DNA of 64,000 nucleotides from the IMG/VR virus record IMGVR_UViG_3300026544_000002, positions 1 to 64,000 of that record. One strand, written 5' to 3'. The stretch is from a virus. A program made the translations under genes and the position numbers. Of the stretch, positions 19,292 to 28,230 are shown in pieces (the stretch's first letter is position 1; the number at the start of each line of letters is the position of its first letter). Below the pieces are notes generated by a model. It was not told the origin of the DNA and searched no databases. It worked only from the letters and a program-made list of their open reading frames with translations.

Positions 19292-21625
19292 ATGGAAACT
19301 ATTCATTTAGAATCTTCGTTAGAATTACCAGCTACATATGTATTATCGAATCTCATAGTGAACACACAACCTGAAAGAATTATGAAATATAAATATGTAT
19401 ATGGAACATTTGATGATATTTATTGGACAAAAATGTTTATTGTGCCAATGGGGGTAAGATCATTTTTATTTGATACTTCTTTTGAAAATCATTTTAAAGA
19501 TGTTTTGTATTCTACAAAAGTGACTATAAATAATAGATCATATAATAAAATAAAATTGTTGATGCCAGATTTATTATTTGTTGTAAAATTACATCCTTAT
19601 GGATCAAATGAAATTGCTCAATTGTATGTACAACAAATAAATGGACCTTTTGATGTTAACAATATTTCAAATTTGTCAAATGCCCCATTGCCAAATTTAT
19701 ATGATTCTGGACAAGTATGTCAATCTGGAAAAATTTCTATCATGAAAATGTATAAAAACAAATCATATGTGTTGAAAAATATGTTTGATATATCAGAATA
19801 TTATATTGATATGTTTTTGAATTCTGCATTTAATAATGATTTGACCAGTACTTACCAATATTCAATTATAAAAAAATTAGGATTTCTATCAATTACTGAT
19901 TTTTTAAATATAGCAAGTGACCCTAAAAAATATAATATATTAAAGAAGTTATATATCAAAAATCATCTAGATGACCATAGTTCTTTAAGAGAAACATTTA
20001 AAGCATCTTTTTTAAATAATAAAAATAAAGGAGTGTGTAAGTCATTATTTGAAAATAATTTTATAAAATCAAATGATAATGATATGGTTACAAGATTAAT
20101 TATAAATAATGATTCTTTTATAAACAGTATCAGAATTAATGATTATATAAAATATGATAATGAAATTGTAAAAGTATTATCATTTGGAGAAAATGTTACA
20201 AATAGACAAGTTTTTATGAGTTCGTCAAATTATGAAGAAGGTCATTATATAAAATATATGACAGACTCTTATAGAATTGGAACAATTCATTTTTCAGAAA
20301 TATTGGAAAAAGTTGAATTAGATTCAATAGAAGATGTTGATGAAAAAGATTATCCAATTGATATTAAAAACAAATTCATAAGAAGTTATAAAACAGAAAA
20401 TCTTCATTTAATAGTTGGAATCGTAAAAACTATTATGAATAATGACTATTTTTATAAAATTAAAAGAGGGATAGATTCCGTTGATTTTGTCAAATTTAAT
20501 ATCGAACGACCTCGTGATATATATAAAATAGTAGAATTGGGATTACCCGATGTTTTAAATAACGAATGTTACAGAAGTAAATATGTTTATGGTGGGGAAA
20601 ATGCTCATATAATGTCTATTGATACAAATAAAACATATTCTTTTGATTCTATAAAAGATCGTTTGATTGAAGTATCTAATAGTTTTATAACAATGTTAAA
20701 CGAAGATGAAACAGAAATCGAAGAGTTGAATACAAATTATTTGGTTAAAAAAGATATATATGAGAATCATTTGAACATGGATACTTCTGATATATCTATT
20801 ATTATCGACATGGATAATTCTGTTATTCCATTGCATGATAATAATTTGAAATTTAAATCAGATAGAGAAAACTCTTTGTATGGATTAGATATTGATGCTT
20901 CATTATATATAAGAGAAAATATCGATGAATATTTAGAAAAATTAGTTGCTACATGGAATAAAAATGGTGAAGCAAAAAATATCAAATATTGGGATAGAGA
21001 AAAAGGTAATTACGCAATAATGGATTTGGTATTAAAGAAAGATCAATTAAGATTGCCTATTGATATCAATGATCAATCATTTTGTAGTAAATATTCGATT
21101 GAAGATTTTTATTATGATAATGATGTAACATCAATATTTGTAAATGTCAAAAATTTGGAAAATAAAGATGAAGAAATTTATGGGTTAACTTTGATAAAAA
21201 TTTTAGAATTTTATAAAAATAATTCAAATGAACCAGTGTCTTATTTTAAATCAGATATAGAAAATAAAGATAATAGATATATTAATAAATATGTTAGTAT
21301 TAATAAAAAAGTACAATTCAATAGTGTAAAATGTGAAATTTCAAAAGCATTTAAAGTATTTCAAATAATAGATACTGATTTTACATCATCTGTTAGATTT
21401 AATAGATTTTTTACTTCTGATAATATTGTCATATGTATCAATAAAGAAATTGATCCTTTTGAAAAAATATTTGAAATAAGAGAAGCCTCTGAATTTACTG
21501 ATCATAGAAATGTTGAAATAATAATGACATCTTCGTATCAGGCATATAATTATGTTCCTCGTGATACATATATTGCTAATTTTCTAATGAATCCTAGATA
21601 CAACCAAGTTTATCTTGGTATATAA
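19292..21625 (+). CDS. prokaryotic E2 family D (PRTRC-B-like) domain fused to ~580 aa of unknown sequence
   Basis: MPDLLFVV…APLPNLYDSGQVCQSG…FLNSAFNNDL fits the E2-D pattern with candidate catalytic Cys; operon with JAB, E1 and Ubl. Confidence 0.7.
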   Translation: METIHLESSLELPATYVLSNLIVNTQPERIMKYKYVYGTFDDIYWTKMFIVPMGVRSFLFDTSFENHFKDVLYSTKVTINNRSYNKIKLLMPDLLFVVKLHPYGSNEIAQLYVQQINGPFDVNNISNLSNAPLPNLYDSGQVCQSGKISIMKMYKNKSYVLKNMFDISEYYIDMFLNSAFNNDLTSTYQYSIIKKLGFLSITDFLNIASDPKKYNILKKLYIKNHLDDHSSLRETFKASFLNNKNKGVCKSLFENNFIKSNDNDMVTRLIINNDSFINSIRINDYIKYDNEIVKVLSFGENVTNRQVFMSSSNYEEGHYIKYMTDSYRIGTIHFSEILEKVELDSIEDVDEKDYPIDIKNKFIRSYKTENLHLIVGIVKTIMNNDYFYKIKRGIDSVDFVKFNIERPRDIYKIVELGLPDVLNNECYRSKYVYGGENAHIMSIDTNKTYSFDSIKDRLIEVSNSFITMLNEDETEIEELNTNYLVKKDIYENHLNMDTSDISIIIDMDNSVIPLHDNNLKFKSDRENSLYGLDIDASLYIRENIDEYLEKLVATWNKNGEAKNIKYWDREKGNYAIMDLVLKKDQLRLPIDINDQSFCSKYSIEDFYYDNDVTSIFVNVKNLENKDEEIYGLTLIKILEFYKNNSNEPVSYFKSDIENKDNRYINKYVSINKKVQFNSVKCEISKAFKVFQIIDTDFTSSVRFNRFFTSDNIVICINKEIDPFEKIFEIREASEFTDHRNVEIIMTSSYQAYNYVPRDTYIANFLMNPRYNQVYLGI

Positions 21626-21644
21626 AAAGGAGATTTAAAAAGAA

Positions 21645-23702
21645 ATGATTTTGAACCAAGAAGAAATATTTGATGATGGGTATATATGTGTTAAAAATCC
21701 AAATTTTACAATAACTCGTACTAATTTCTTAAAAAATTTATTAAATTATACAACCAATGAAATAAATAATGAGAATTGTATATGGTTTAGAAATAATGGA
21801 ATAATGTGGCATACTTTATATACAATAGAACCTGGATATAAAGAAATGATGATAAATGATAAAGAAATTATTTTATCATTGCCTCAATTAGTGATACATG
21901 TTGGAAAAAATAAGTATTCTAAATATGAAATAGATATATTTTTTCAAGATACCAATGGTAATTTAGATAATGTTTATGAATCTTTTTTACATGTAGATAA
22001 TATCGATATTGATATTGGAGAAAGTAATTATGTAAAAGAATCAACATTATTAATTAATCATATTTTACATGAATATAATTTTCAATATGATGGAAGTATT
22101 GATGAGCTATATATGATGATAAATCAGAACAATGTATTTGATAATTTTCCTATGATTGATATTAAATTATCAGATATGATAGAAATTTGGAAAAAAGAAA
22201 TAGATGAATGTATAAATTTGAATATTATTTATAATATGGTGATTAAACAAAGAAATGACTTTACCCCCATGTCTTATTATATTAAAAAGAAAATATTCAT
22301 GGGTGTATTATATGAAACAATGAAACATATTAAATTAGGAAACAAAAAATATTTGATTTATGGTATTGATTGTTATGAAAATATAAAAGATTCTATTAAT
22401 AATAATTTTAAAAATGATAAAATTTTATTATATGATTTGGAACAACGTAAGAAAGTTGCATTACCATTGAAAAGAATAATAGAATCTAAATTCAAAATGT
22501 TTGAAAATGGACATTCTATTATACCAAATAGTTCTATAAAAATAGGGAATTATATAAAATATGTAAATAGAGGTAGCGATGGTCCTGTTGCGATAACTCC
22601 TGAGAAAATAATTAATATCAGATTAGATAAAGATAACTATTCATTGATTTTGGAAACAAATCGTTTAAAACGGAATAAAGAAGTTATAACAAATAATATT
22701 TCGTATAATTTAATCGAAGAACCAAGAAATATTGATGCATTAGATATTTATCAATTAATTGGTCTTAAAGATAATAAAGAAAAATTTCCAATTTTTAAAA
22801 TAAAAGATTCTACGATTGTTTCAAAAAAAGATAATAATCAAGAAAAATATTATTTGAATGATATATGTGATTTTATTGGTTCACATTGTTTTTATAATAA
22901 AATAGAAGATTTTTATTTTGATATACTTAGTAGAAAACAATTTGTTGATATGTTAAATATTTTGAATAAAGAAATAAAAACTTTAAAAAATAATTATTAT
23001 TTTGGTTATATACCTAATAATAAAATGCTTGGAAAAAAATTATTAAAATGTGATAATTTATATATCGATGATGAAGCAGGTGTTATACACTTACAATGTG
23101 ATGATGAATATTTTAATAAAGAAATTGATGATATAAAATTAACTGATCATGAAGCTGATGTTGTTATGTTGCCTTGTGTTATCAATGATGTTCATATAGA
23201 TCCTGATGAAATCTATATTTCTCATTTAAAAAGATTTTTTAATAGAAGAATACGAATCAATGGTGTACGTATAGAAAATAATGAATTGGTTTATATGTTT
23301 ACAACAATTGATGATATGGAAAATCATACAAATACAATCCGTGATAACTATTTTTGTGGAAAACAAATTTATATAGAAGGATTGCAAATTGGTCAATATG
23401 GTAAATTAAAAGATATTGGTGCTTCATTAGGATTTAAAAAATCTTTATGGCATGGTATCAAATATTTTTATGAGAATAAAAATGGTGAAAAAATGGTATT
23501 GTTTGAAAATAATATTGCTGTTAATGTTAAATTGATTGATATTGATTATTTTAATAATACCTCTAGAAATGTAAAAAAGAGAAATATGACATTTTTGTCG
23601 AGTAATGATTTACGATCTATAAGAATGTCAACAAAAAGAAAAATAACAGATCATATTTTACACACATTTGATTCTATTGCTTGTGAAATTCATACAAATT
23701 AA
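21645..23702 (+). CDS. large hypothetical protein, probable degenerate paralog of the E2-D fusion
   Basis: N-terminal IEPGYK…LSLPQLVIHV parallels VPMGVR…LLMPDLLFVV of the upstream gene but lacks the PN…GxVC motif. Confidence 0.5.
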   Translation: MILNQEEIFDDGYICVKNPNFTITRTNFLKNLLNYTTNEINNENCIWFRNNGIMWHTLYTIEPGYKEMMINDKEIILSLPQLVIHVGKNKYSKYEIDIFFQDTNGNLDNVYESFLHVDNIDIDIGESNYVKESTLLINHILHEYNFQYDGSIDELYMMINQNNVFDNFPMIDIKLSDMIEIWKKEIDECINLNIIYNMVIKQRNDFTPMSYYIKKKIFMGVLYETMKHIKLGNKKYLIYGIDCYENIKDSINNNFKNDKILLYDLEQRKKVALPLKRIIESKFKMFENGHSIIPNSSIKIGNYIKYVNRGSDGPVAITPEKIINIRLDKDNYSLILETNRLKRNKEVITNNISYNLIEEPRNIDALDIYQLIGLKDNKEKFPIFKIKDSTIVSKKDNNQEKYYLNDICDFIGSHCFYNKIEDFYFDILSRKQFVDMLNILNKEIKTLKNNYYFGYIPNNKMLGKKLLKCDNLYIDDEAGVIHLQCDDEYFNKEIDDIKLTDHEADVVMLPCVINDVHIDPDEIYISHLKRFFNRRIRINGVRIENNELVYMFTTIDDMENHTNTIRDNYFCGKQIYIEGLQIGQYGKLKDIGASLGFKKSLWHGIKYFYENKNGEKMVLFENNIAVNVKLIDIDYFNNTSRNVKKRNMTFLSSNDLRSIRMSTKRKITDHILHTFDSIACEIHTN

Positions 23703-23728
23703 AACTATATTATAAAAAAGAGGAAAAA

Positions 23729-24781
23729 ATGTCTAAAAAGATTTTTGTATTAGATAAGGATTTGGATTTGTCAGAAGTTAAAAAATCTAATCATTGTTAT
23801 ATTATTGCAAAGAATGGTGTATTCTTTAAAGATAATCAACATAACATTGAAACATGTACTAAAATTGATAGTATTGAAGGATTGTCTTCTTTGCAACCAT
23901 ATATTAAATGGAGATTTCCAAAAATCACCAAAAGACAATTTAACATGGTTATTCAATTTTTCAGAAAAGTTTATACAAAGCATAAATCAGAATGTATGGT
24001 ATTGATAGGTTGGGATAGAAAGAAAAAAGATATTATATTATTTGCTCCTGATTCACAAGAAGTGTCAGGGGCGAGTATCAAATATCAAATGACTAATATC
24101 CCAGGTGTTGCTTTAATTGGTTCGATTCATTCACATGCCAGTATGTCAGCGTTTCATTCTGGAGTTGATATTGCTGATGAAATGAATTTTGATGGTTTGC
24201 ATATTACAATTGGAAAATTTTCTGATAAAACAAATACTTTTCAAATTTCATCTCAATTAACTTCTGGTAAAATGAGAGAAACTATTGATCATACTCAAAT
24301 AATTGAAGATATCTATATTAATTATAATGTTAAATTAGAAGGAAAAGGTTTGAAAGATTGTAGCAATGACAGCATCATAGAAGCTATCATGAATAATAAA
24401 TGTGATATTAAATATGATGGTGAAATGTGTATTGATGAAAAAGAATTAGATAAAGAAGATAAAGAAATTATCGAAAGTTGGTTAGAAACAGTTGTCCCCC
24501 CACGGACATATATTTATGGTAAAAATTGGCACAGTGGTTATGGATATAACAAGCAACAGAGTTTCACACCTATTAAGAAAGATGTACCAGCAGTTGAACA
24601 TCCAATAGGAAGCAATGATTCTTTGTTACAAGTACAAGATGAAATTGATTTAGCTACAATGTATGGAGTAGAAGAATTAGATGAATTGTTAATTGATGAT
24701 AATTATGATTTAGATATTATGGATAATGCTAATATTTTTAATAAAGGTAATAAAAATAACGCTTCAAAAGTGGAGATGTAA
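23729..24781 (+). CDS. JAB/JAMM metalloprotease (PRTRC-A/Prok-JAB type)
   Basis: YIIAKNGVF, SECMVL (catalytic E), GSIHSHASMSAFHSGVDIADE (HxH-x7-S-xx-D), GLHITIG; acidic tail. Confidence 0.9.
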   Translation: MSKKIFVLDKDLDLSEVKKSNHCYIIAKNGVFFKDNQHNIETCTKIDSIEGLSSLQPYIKWRFPKITKRQFNMVIQFFRKVYTKHKSECMVLIGWDRKKKDIILFAPDSQEVSGASIKYQMTNIPGVALIGSIHSHASMSAFHSGVDIADEMNFDGLHITIGKFSDKTNTFQISSQLTSGKMRETIDHTQIIEDIYINYNVKLEGKGLKDCSNDSIIEAIMNNKCDIKYDGEMCIDEKELDKEDKEIIESWLETVVPPRTYIYGKNWHSGYGYNKQQSFTPIKKDVPAVEHPIGSNDSLLQVQDEIDLATMYGVEELDELLIDDNYDLDIMDNANIFNKGNKNNASKVEM

Positions 24782-25491
24782 TGAAAACAAATATTTATTT
24801 AGTAGGCATGGGAGGAATTGGTTCACAATTATGTGAACCAATTTGTCGATTTGTTAATTATTTAGAAAATAAATCTGATTATTGTATTACTTTCATTGAT
24901 GGTGATGAATATGAATCTTCTAATCAAACAAGACAAACTATTGAATTAGCTGATATTGGACAAAACAAAGCAGTTAGTCAATATAGTAAAATGTATAATT
25001 TATTTCCAAATTTAGAAATAAATGCAAATGCTATATATATCAATAATCAGAATATCAAAGATTGTTTTAATAAACCAGATGAAAACACGATTATTCTATC
25101 TGGTGTGGATAATAACAAAACAAGAAATGTTATTCAACAATATTGTCTTGCATTAAAAAATGTTCTGTTACTATCAGGAGGTAATGAATATATTGATGGT
25201 GATGTGCAAATTTATGCAAGAAAACAAGGAGTTGATTTGACTCCCCCGATTTGGAAATGGAATCCTAATATTAAAAATCCAAAAGACCGGTCGCCGGAGG
25301 AGATTGGTTGTGATGAATTAGTAGAATCCACACCTCAGTTGATTTTTACAAATGGTATGGTTTCCGCTTGTATGTGTATGGCATTTTATAATTATTATAA
25401 AATGTTTGATACTGATGTTTCCATTGACAAAAGTGTAGTAATGTTTGATATCCCTGAATTATCAGTTGTATCAAAGATGAGAAATCTGTAG
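24781..25491 (+). CDS. ThiF/E1-like ubiquitin-like-protein activating enzyme
   Basis: VGMGGIGS, IDGDEYESSNQTRQ, GQNKA, GVDNNKTR, SGGNE, candidate catalytic Cys in PEEIGCDE…PQLIFTN. Confidence 0.9.
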   Translation: MKTNIYLVGMGGIGSQLCEPICRFVNYLENKSDYCITFIDGDEYESSNQTRQTIELADIGQNKAVSQYSKMYNLFPNLEINANAIYINNQNIKDCFNKPDENTIILSGVDNNKTRNVIQQYCLALKNVLLLSGGNEYIDGDVQIYARKQGVDLTPPIWKWNPNIKNPKDRSPEEIGCDELVESTPQLIFTNGMVSACMCMAFYNYYKMFDTDVSIDKSVVMFDIPELSVVSKMRNL

Positions 25492-25543
25492 TAAAATTAA
25501 CTAGTTGATTTAAAAAAGAAACAAATTAAAGGAGAACAAAAAC

Positions 25544-26152
25544 ATGTCTGATTTCAATTTTGATAGTGTTGTTGCTGTAGCTGATTTGCAAGAAATGACT
25601 GTAAAAGACCTTCGGGGTATTTGTGCTGATCTAGGATTGGCTCGGTATAGCAAGGCACCAAAACCAAATTTGGTTAAAATGATTTCTGAATATTATTCAG
25701 ATGCGTTAATGGAAATGACTGCAAAAGATTTACGATCTATTTGTGTCGATCGTGGTATTACTGGAGTTGCTAAAACAACAAAACCTAATTTGATTGATTT
25801 GCTTTTAAAATCTGTTCAGCCAGTAAATGCACCAGAAGAAATTTCGTCAGAAGATATTGTTGATATTTCTTCGGATGATAATGAAAATAATGAAGATTCC
25901 GATTCTTCATCTGGAACTATTACCGTTATTAACGGTGCTCGCTCTCGGACGATTCCCTTTGAAGAAGGGAAAACAGTGTGGGATATCCATCAACAGATGG
26001 CTAATGAAATGGGGATTGCCGCACATCCAAGTTTTACAGTAAATGATACAGATGCACCAAATAATGTTGTTATCCGTGAAGGTGACACTATTGAATTCTT
26101 TAAAGTAAGTGGGACTAAAGGAATCATAGGTACACTTTTGAAAAAATGTTAA
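25544..26152 (+). CDS. ubiquitin-like protein precursor: two Rho-N/SAP-like helical repeats, acidic linker, beta-grasp domain ending GTKG plus 9-aa extension
   Basis: Repeats LQEMTVKDLRGICADLGL and LMEMTAKDLRSICVDRGI; Ubl ITVING…GKTV…TVND…IREGDTIEFFKVSGTKG|IIGTLLKKC. Confidence 0.8.
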   Translation: MSDFNFDSVVAVADLQEMTVKDLRGICADLGLARYSKAPKPNLVKMISEYYSDALMEMTAKDLRSICVDRGITGVAKTTKPNLIDLLLKSVQPVNAPEEISSEDIVDISSDDNENNEDSDSSSGTITVINGARSRTIPFEEGKTVWDIHQQMANEMGIAAHPSFTVNDTDAPNNVVIREGDTIEFFKVSGTKGIIGTLLKKC

Positions 26153-26175
26153 ATTATTAATTCATAAAAATATAT

Positions 26176-26219
26176 AAGAATGTCTCGTATATGTTTATCG
26201 TATACGAGACATTCTTTTT
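26176..26219 (+). terminator. intrinsic terminator closing the first Ubl operon
   Basis: AAGAATGTCTCGTATA-9nt-TATACGAGACATTCTT followed by TTT. Confidence 0.85.
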
Positions 26220-26256
26220 CATATAAATAAAATATAAAAATGGAGATTAATAGAAA

Positions 26257-26598
26257 ATGATGATTATTGATGATATTTTAGAAAATATAGAACAATCTGA
26301 TTTTAGAAAAGATTTAATTATTCTCTGTGATAAAATGAAAGAACAAATAACAGAAAAAAATGATAGATTAGATGAAACAGAAATTTTGTATTATTATTGT
26401 TATTCTTCAACTAAATTTTTTAATAAATTTCTTGTATTAACAATGGATATTTTTGATGAAGAAATTTACTATATTGATGTATGGGCATTTAATAAAAAAA
26501 CAGAAGAATATAAACGATATAATACAAAAACAGTGAATGCTTCATCTGCTAAAGAATTATTAATTAAATATGCAAAAATACTAAAGAATTTAATATAG
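26257..26598 (+). CDS. hypothetical protein
   Basis: GGAG RBS. Confidence 0.7.
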   Translation: MMIIDDILENIEQSDFRKDLIILCDKMKEQITEKNDRLDETEILYYYCYSSTKFFNKFLVLTMDIFDEEIYYIDVWAFNKKTEEYKRYNTKTVNASSAKELLIKYAKILKNLI

Positions 26599-26610
26599 AA
26601 TGGAGGAATT

Positions 26611-27408
26611 ATGATAGGAATAATCGGAGTGGGATCAATTGGTAAAAATTTATTAGATTCTTTAGTATCAAAACTTCCAAATGAAAAATTTATAGTTATA
26701 GATGATGATACGATTAATAAACATAATATCCAATACAACAAAAAATATATTGGATTTGAAAAAACATTAGCATGTGTCGATCAGTATAAAAATGTATCGG
26801 CAATATCAGAATATGTTAATAACGATAAATTATCAACATTAATAAAAAAATCATTAGACCAATGTTCTACTATTTTTGATTGTAGAGATACTTTTGAAAA
26901 CAGAATAACATTTGATGCTATTAAAATATTCGTCAATAAAGATAAATTAATAATTGATTTTAGAAAAAAAATTTTGTATAGGTATGATGTTGAAGGTGAA
27001 TATGTTAGTTATATAAGTGACCAATTTATAAAATCATTGATCATAACTTTTGTAAACATGTGGATAAATAAAAAATCTTGTATTGAAAAATATATTAAAA
27101 ATGAAAATGCGATTTCGATTAATCAAATTGGTTCGATTGAAGAATTATATTCTTCTGTTGCAGTAGCAAAAGATATTGAAAAAATTATAAATAATAAAAT
27201 AAAAGATATCGATACTGTCAAAGTAGATATTTTTGATGGTTTGTATAATATAGTGAATAAAACATATGATTTAAAAGAGTATAAACCATCTGATATCGTC
27301 AGTATAATTAATAGAGAAACTCATTGGTTTCCAGCTATGTATTTTATGCCAGAAACAATAAAAAATATCATGTATCTAAGAATCTTTAATCAAACAGGAG
27401 GTGCGTGA
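26611..27408 (+). CDS. second, divergent ThiF/E1-like protein ending in …QTGGA
   Basis: IGIIGVGSIG, VIDDDTINKHNI, IGFEK, IFDCRD Rossmann motifs; lacks the NxxRQ arginine. Confidence 0.7.
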   Translation: MIGIIGVGSIGKNLLDSLVSKLPNEKFIVIDDDTINKHNIQYNKKYIGFEKTLACVDQYKNVSAISEYVNNDKLSTLIKKSLDQCSTIFDCRDTFENRITFDAIKIFVNKDKLIIDFRKKILYRYDVEGEYVSYISDQFIKSLIITFVNMWINKKSCIEKYIKNENAISINQIGSIEELYSSVAVAKDIEKIINNKIKDIDTVKVDIFDGLYNIVNKTYDLKEYKPSDIVSIINRETHWFPAMYFMPETIKNIMYLRIFNQTGGA

Positions 27409-27429
27409 TCAAAAAATACGGAGTGTTAT

Positions 27430-28107
27430 ATGCCACATAATATTGATACACCAACCGTTTCAAATCATATTGTTTTACGAGAAGACAATTCATTGATATT
27501 GATTGATTGTAATATTGTTCCACGATACATAGAATGTTTTGGATTACGATTGATGATAAGTAAGATACATGATGAAACATGTATCATAAAAAAATTATTG
27601 ATTAAATGTATTCCAAGAAATAAAGAAAACCAACAAGCAGAAATAACTAACGTGTGGCTGATAGATGCATTGCATCCAAATGCTACTATTATTCAAAAAG
27701 ATTTTAATTTTGATAATAATGTGTTAGATGAATTATCTGATTATACAACAAATCCAATAAAACAATCATTTGATTTATTTAAATTTTGCAAAGATCCATA
27801 TTTATCGTATGCAGGAGATAAAATTAATATAAGTATTTTAAAATTAGTGAATGATCTATCATTCTGGAATTTTGATTCTGGATATTGGAATGATATGTCA
27901 AAAATTTCTATTGACATTGGTGATGCAGATGAAGTATATGATCATCAAAGTAAAAAAATGATATCTGCAAAAAAAGCGAAAAGAAGATTACGATTAGGAA
28001 GATGTATGAATTTGATTCAAAAACCTTTTTCGTTATTAACGAATGAGAATGAAAAATATTGTTTAGATGAATCGATGCGAATTTTTAAAAATATTAAATT
28101 GGTATAA
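27430..28107 (+). CDS. putative E2/UBC-fold protein
   Basis: LHPNA…(insertion)…FKFC followed by a helix and LSFWNFDSGY; directly after a ThiF-like gene. Confidence 0.45.
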   Translation: MPHNIDTPTVSNHIVLREDNSLILIDCNIVPRYIECFGLRLMISKIHDETCIIKKLLIKCIPRNKENQQAEITNVWLIDALHPNATIIQKDFNFDNNVLDELSDYTTNPIKQSFDLFKFCKDPYLSYAGDKINISILKLVNDLSFWNFDSGYWNDMSKISIDIGDADEVYDHQSKKMISAKKAKRRLRLGRCMNLIQKPFSLLTNENEKYCLDESMRIFKNIKLV

Positions 28108-28109
28108 CG

Positions 28110-28159
28110 AAAATAAGAAAACAGTCTATGAATTCAATCATGGGCTGTTTTCTTATTTT
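28110..28159 (+). terminator. long hairpin/terminator between the Ubl locus and the RNAP genes
   Basis: AAAATAAGAAAACAGTCTATGA / TCATGGGCTGTTTTCTTATTTT, about 22-bp stem with two G-U pairs. Confidence 0.75.
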
Positions 28160-28230
28160 ATTCCAACATAGATATACAAACAATAAAAAGATTTTTTTCT
28201 TGAATATTAGACAATGGAGTTGACTGTGAG

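Noticed and set aside
23729-26152. Ordinary ThiF/ThiS or MoeB/MoaD sulfur-transfer operon
   Set aside because: No thiamine, molybdopterin or cysteine synthesis enzymes or rhodanese nearby; an E2-like gene is present and the Ubl ends in PRTRC-type GTKG. Not formally excluded without biochemistry
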